Shown here: positions 62,211-64,000 of the stretch, piece by piece
Position numbering within the stretch: position 1 is the first letter of the stretch
Layout of the letters: each line of letters starts with the position of its first letter
Assembly (NCBI GenBank): GCA_964569655.1
Contig: CAZMTN010000001.1
Location: 220-64,219 of the forward strand
Length of the DNA stretch: 64,000 bases
Direction: 5' to 3'
Source of the DNA: an uncultured Candidatus Saccharibacteria bacterium
GTDB taxonomy: Bacteria > Patescibacteriota > Minisyncoccia > Phycocordibacterales > Phycocordibacteraceae
Made by a program: the position numbers and the translations under genes
The notes under the pieces: generated by a model
What the model was told of the DNA's origin: nothing
What the model saw: only the letters and a program-made list of their open reading frames with translations
Databases searched by the model: none

Positions 62211-62636
62211 ATGAGAAAGAATTTTAAGGATCTTGAAGCCGTCGCTGGCGGCATCATGAGCCTGGGCTTCTTCGGTTTCGTGTTCTCGCTCTGGCACGGC
62301 TGGAACACTTACTGGACGTATGACCTCGGCAAACTCGTCGCCTATGGCGCGTTCATCGTGGCCGTCGTCATGCTCTGCGGTGCCATCATCACTTGCATCC
62401 GGCATGACAATGGCGTGAAGCTGGATAAGGACGAGGTCCCGATTTTCGGCCTCGCCTCGATGATCGCTTTCATGTGGGCGACCGTCGTGGGACTCTGCTT
62501 CACGCGCCTCCTGGATCGGATCGACTGGGTATATTTGGTCATCATCGGCGTCGTGGGCTTCTTCAACGGCATGTACCAGATTTTGCAGGCCGCCGAGAAG
62601 AAGCCGGAAGCTGATGCGACTGTCCCGACCACCTGA
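62211..62636 (+). CDS. hypothetical membrane protein
   Basis: ATG with GGGAG Shine-Dalgarno; 141 aa, 4 TM; track ORF 62133 begins at the -35 hexamer so N-part rejected. Confidence 0.5.
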   Translation: MRKNFKDLEAVAGGIMSLGFFGFVFSLWHGWNTYWTYDLGKLVAYGAFIVAVVMLCGAIITCIRHDNGVKLDKDEVPIFGLASMIAFMWATVVGLCFTRLLDRIDWVYLVIIGVVGFFNGMYQILQAAEKKPEADATVPTT

Positions 62637-62653
62637 TCCTTCAACCCCAAACC

Positions 62654-62690
62654 AAGCCGCGCACTTCCTTACGGAATGCGCGGCTTTTTC
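62654..62690 (+). terminator. intrinsic terminator
   Basis: AAGCCGCGCA-13 nt loop-TGCGCGGCTT + TTTTC. Confidence 0.65.
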
Positions 62691-62691
62691 A

Positions 62692-62720
62692 TTGACAAAC
62701 CCTACCCAGTAGGTTACTCT
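62692..62720 (+). promoter_or_regulatory. sigma70-like promoter TTGACA-N17-TACTCT upstream of DEAD-box helicase
   Basis: consensus -35; ~155-nt structured leader follows. Confidence 0.4.
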
Positions 62721-62875
62721 GTGGTTAACAGCTCGCCTATAGGTTTTGCCGTCTTGAGAGCATCTCGAGACCATCCCATTCAGCACTCAGGGATGAAAAC
62801 TCTCAAAGACGCGTTGTGCTTACAACAGAGTCTCTCCGCCCGCTGACGGATCGAGACACCTAAACCAATATCATT

Positions 62876-64000
62876 ATGGCAACGTTTTACCGTACGCCCT
62901 GGAAGGATGCTTCCGGAGGCGAAAGCAAGTCGTTCGGCGGTCCCCGCCGTTCATCCGGAGGTCCCCGCCGTTTCGGCGGCCCTGCCAAGTTCACTCGCCC
63001 GTCCTTCGGGGGAGGCAACCGCCGTGGCTCATCGAGCCGCGGACGCAACAATCCGGGACAGAATATCGACGTGAACAAGTTCATCAACAAGGCTGCGCCG
63101 ATCGAGGACGCGCCGAAATACGTCCCGACGCACACCTTCGCGACGCTCTCGCTCAACGAGCGCATCCTGCGCAACCTTACCGATAAGGGCTACGTGCACC
63201 CGACCCCGATCCAGGACCAGGCCATCCCGGCCGTGCTTGAGGGCAAGGACATCGTGGGCCTCGCGAACACCGGTACCGGCAAGACTGGCGCGTTCCTCAT
63301 CCCGCTCATCCACAGGGTGATCGAGAACCCGGGGCTGCGCGTGCTCGTCATGGCGCCGACCCGCGAGCTCGCCGTGCAGATCAACGAGGAGTTCAAGGGC
63401 TTCGCCCGTACGCTCTCCCTCTCCGCGACCATCGCGGTGGGAGGCGCAGGCATCGGCCCGCAGATGACGGCACTCCGCCGCCATCCGAGCTTCGTCATCG
63501 GTACGCCGGGACGCCTCAAGGACCTCATGGAACGCCGCGCGCTCAACGTGAACGACTTCCAGGCCGTCGTCCTCGACGAGGCAGACCGCATGCTCGACAT
63601 GGGATTCATCGCTGATATGCGATTCATCATGGCGAAGATGCCGGCACAGCGCCACACGCTCTTCTTCTCGGCGACGCTTTCCCGCGACATCGAGAAGCTC
63701 ATCGGCGAGTTCCTCAAGGACCCGGTCCGCGTATCGGTGAAGACCCGCGACACCGCGGCCACCATCGATCAGGACGTGGTCCGCGTCCGCCCGGGCGAGA
63801 ACAAGTTTGACGTCCTCGTGAACATGCTCGCGGATCGCGAATTCTCGAAGGTGCTCGTCTTCGGACGCACCAAGCACGGCGTCGAGCGCCTCGCGAAGGA
63901 CCTCGCCCACCGCGGCGTGAAGGCCGAGGCGATCCACGGGAACAAAACCCACGGCAACCGCCTCAAGGCTCTCGACCTCTTCAAGCGCGACCATGTCCAG
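62876..64000 (+). CDS. DEAD-box ATP-dependent RNA helicase (3' partial) with N-terminal RGG/Arg-Gly-rich extension
   Basis: Q-motif TPIQDQAIP, motif I ANTGTGKTGAF, Ia PTRELA, II DEAD (VLDEADRML), III SAT; ORF runs off window end. Confidence 0.85.
   Translation, partial: MATFYRTPWKDASGGESKSFGGPRRSSGGPRRFGGPAKFTRPSFGGGNRRGSSSRGRNNPGQNIDVNKFINKAAPIEDAPKYVPTHTFATLSLNERILRNLTDKGYVHPTPIQDQAIPAVLEGKDIVGLANTGTGKTGAFLIPLIHRVIENPGLRVLVMAPTRELAVQINEEFKGFARTLSLSATIAVGGAGIGPQMTALRRHPSFVIGTPGRLKDLMERRALNVNDFQAVVLDEADRMLDMGFIADMRFIMAKMPAQRHTLFFSATLSRDIEKLIGEFLKDPVRVSVKTRDTAATIDQDVVRVRPGENKFDVLVNMLADREFSKVLVFGRTKHGVERLAKDLAHRGVKAEAIHGNKTHGNRLKALDLFKRDHVQ

Overview
This is a high-GC (~65%), gene-dense bacterial chromosome segment, read almost entirely on the + strand. 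It has many short overlapping gene junctions and six tRNAs. 

**Type IV pilus / DNA-uptake locus (0.9-13.2 kb).** A divergent comF-family gene is followed by pilM, two unnamed membrane proteins (PilN/PilO-like by position), pilB, a CheY-like receiver, pilT, pilC, three tandem pilin genes, the prepilin peptidase pilD and four minor pseudopilins. The locus is followed by the housekeeping genes ligA and gatC/gatA.

**Low-GC insertions next to RNA genes.**
- An HNH endonuclease gene plus a ~350-nt ORF-free structured region with a tRNA-like 3' end and a strong terminator (17.5-18.4 kb).
- A P-loop kinase-like gene plus a Fic gene after tRNA-Met/tRNA-Asp (26.1-28 kb).
- A second HNH endonuclease gene between two tRNA-Thr genes (30.6-31.0 kb).
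- A ~12.8 kb island abutting tRNA-Gln (36.65-49.46 kb). It encodes a 1047-aa LamG/Fn3/peptidoglycan-binding surface protein and a copper-tolerance cluster: CsoR, CopA, an HMA-DsbD_2 fusion, two cupredoxin-like proteins, two DUF305 proteins and a DsbA-like protein. It also carries a sortase gene and a truncated large-serine-recombinase fragment.

**Other core genes.** prfB (no programmed frameshift), ftsE/ftsX, pyrG, a two-component system with an M23 peptidase, an ECF sigma/anti-sigma pair, mltG, typA and a 3'-partial DEAD-box helicase.

**Translation signals.** Many operon-initial genes have a TATACT-like -10 element only 6-9 nt upstream of the start codon, suggesting frequent leaderless mRNAs.

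**Lineage.** Membership in Patescibacteria/CPR or another high-GC lineage with a Gram-positive-type envelope is only an inference, drawn from gene content (pilin-rich T4P locus, sortase, compact genes).

**Not seen.** No CRISPR array or rRNA was found. Coordinates of hand-refined starts may be off by a few nt.
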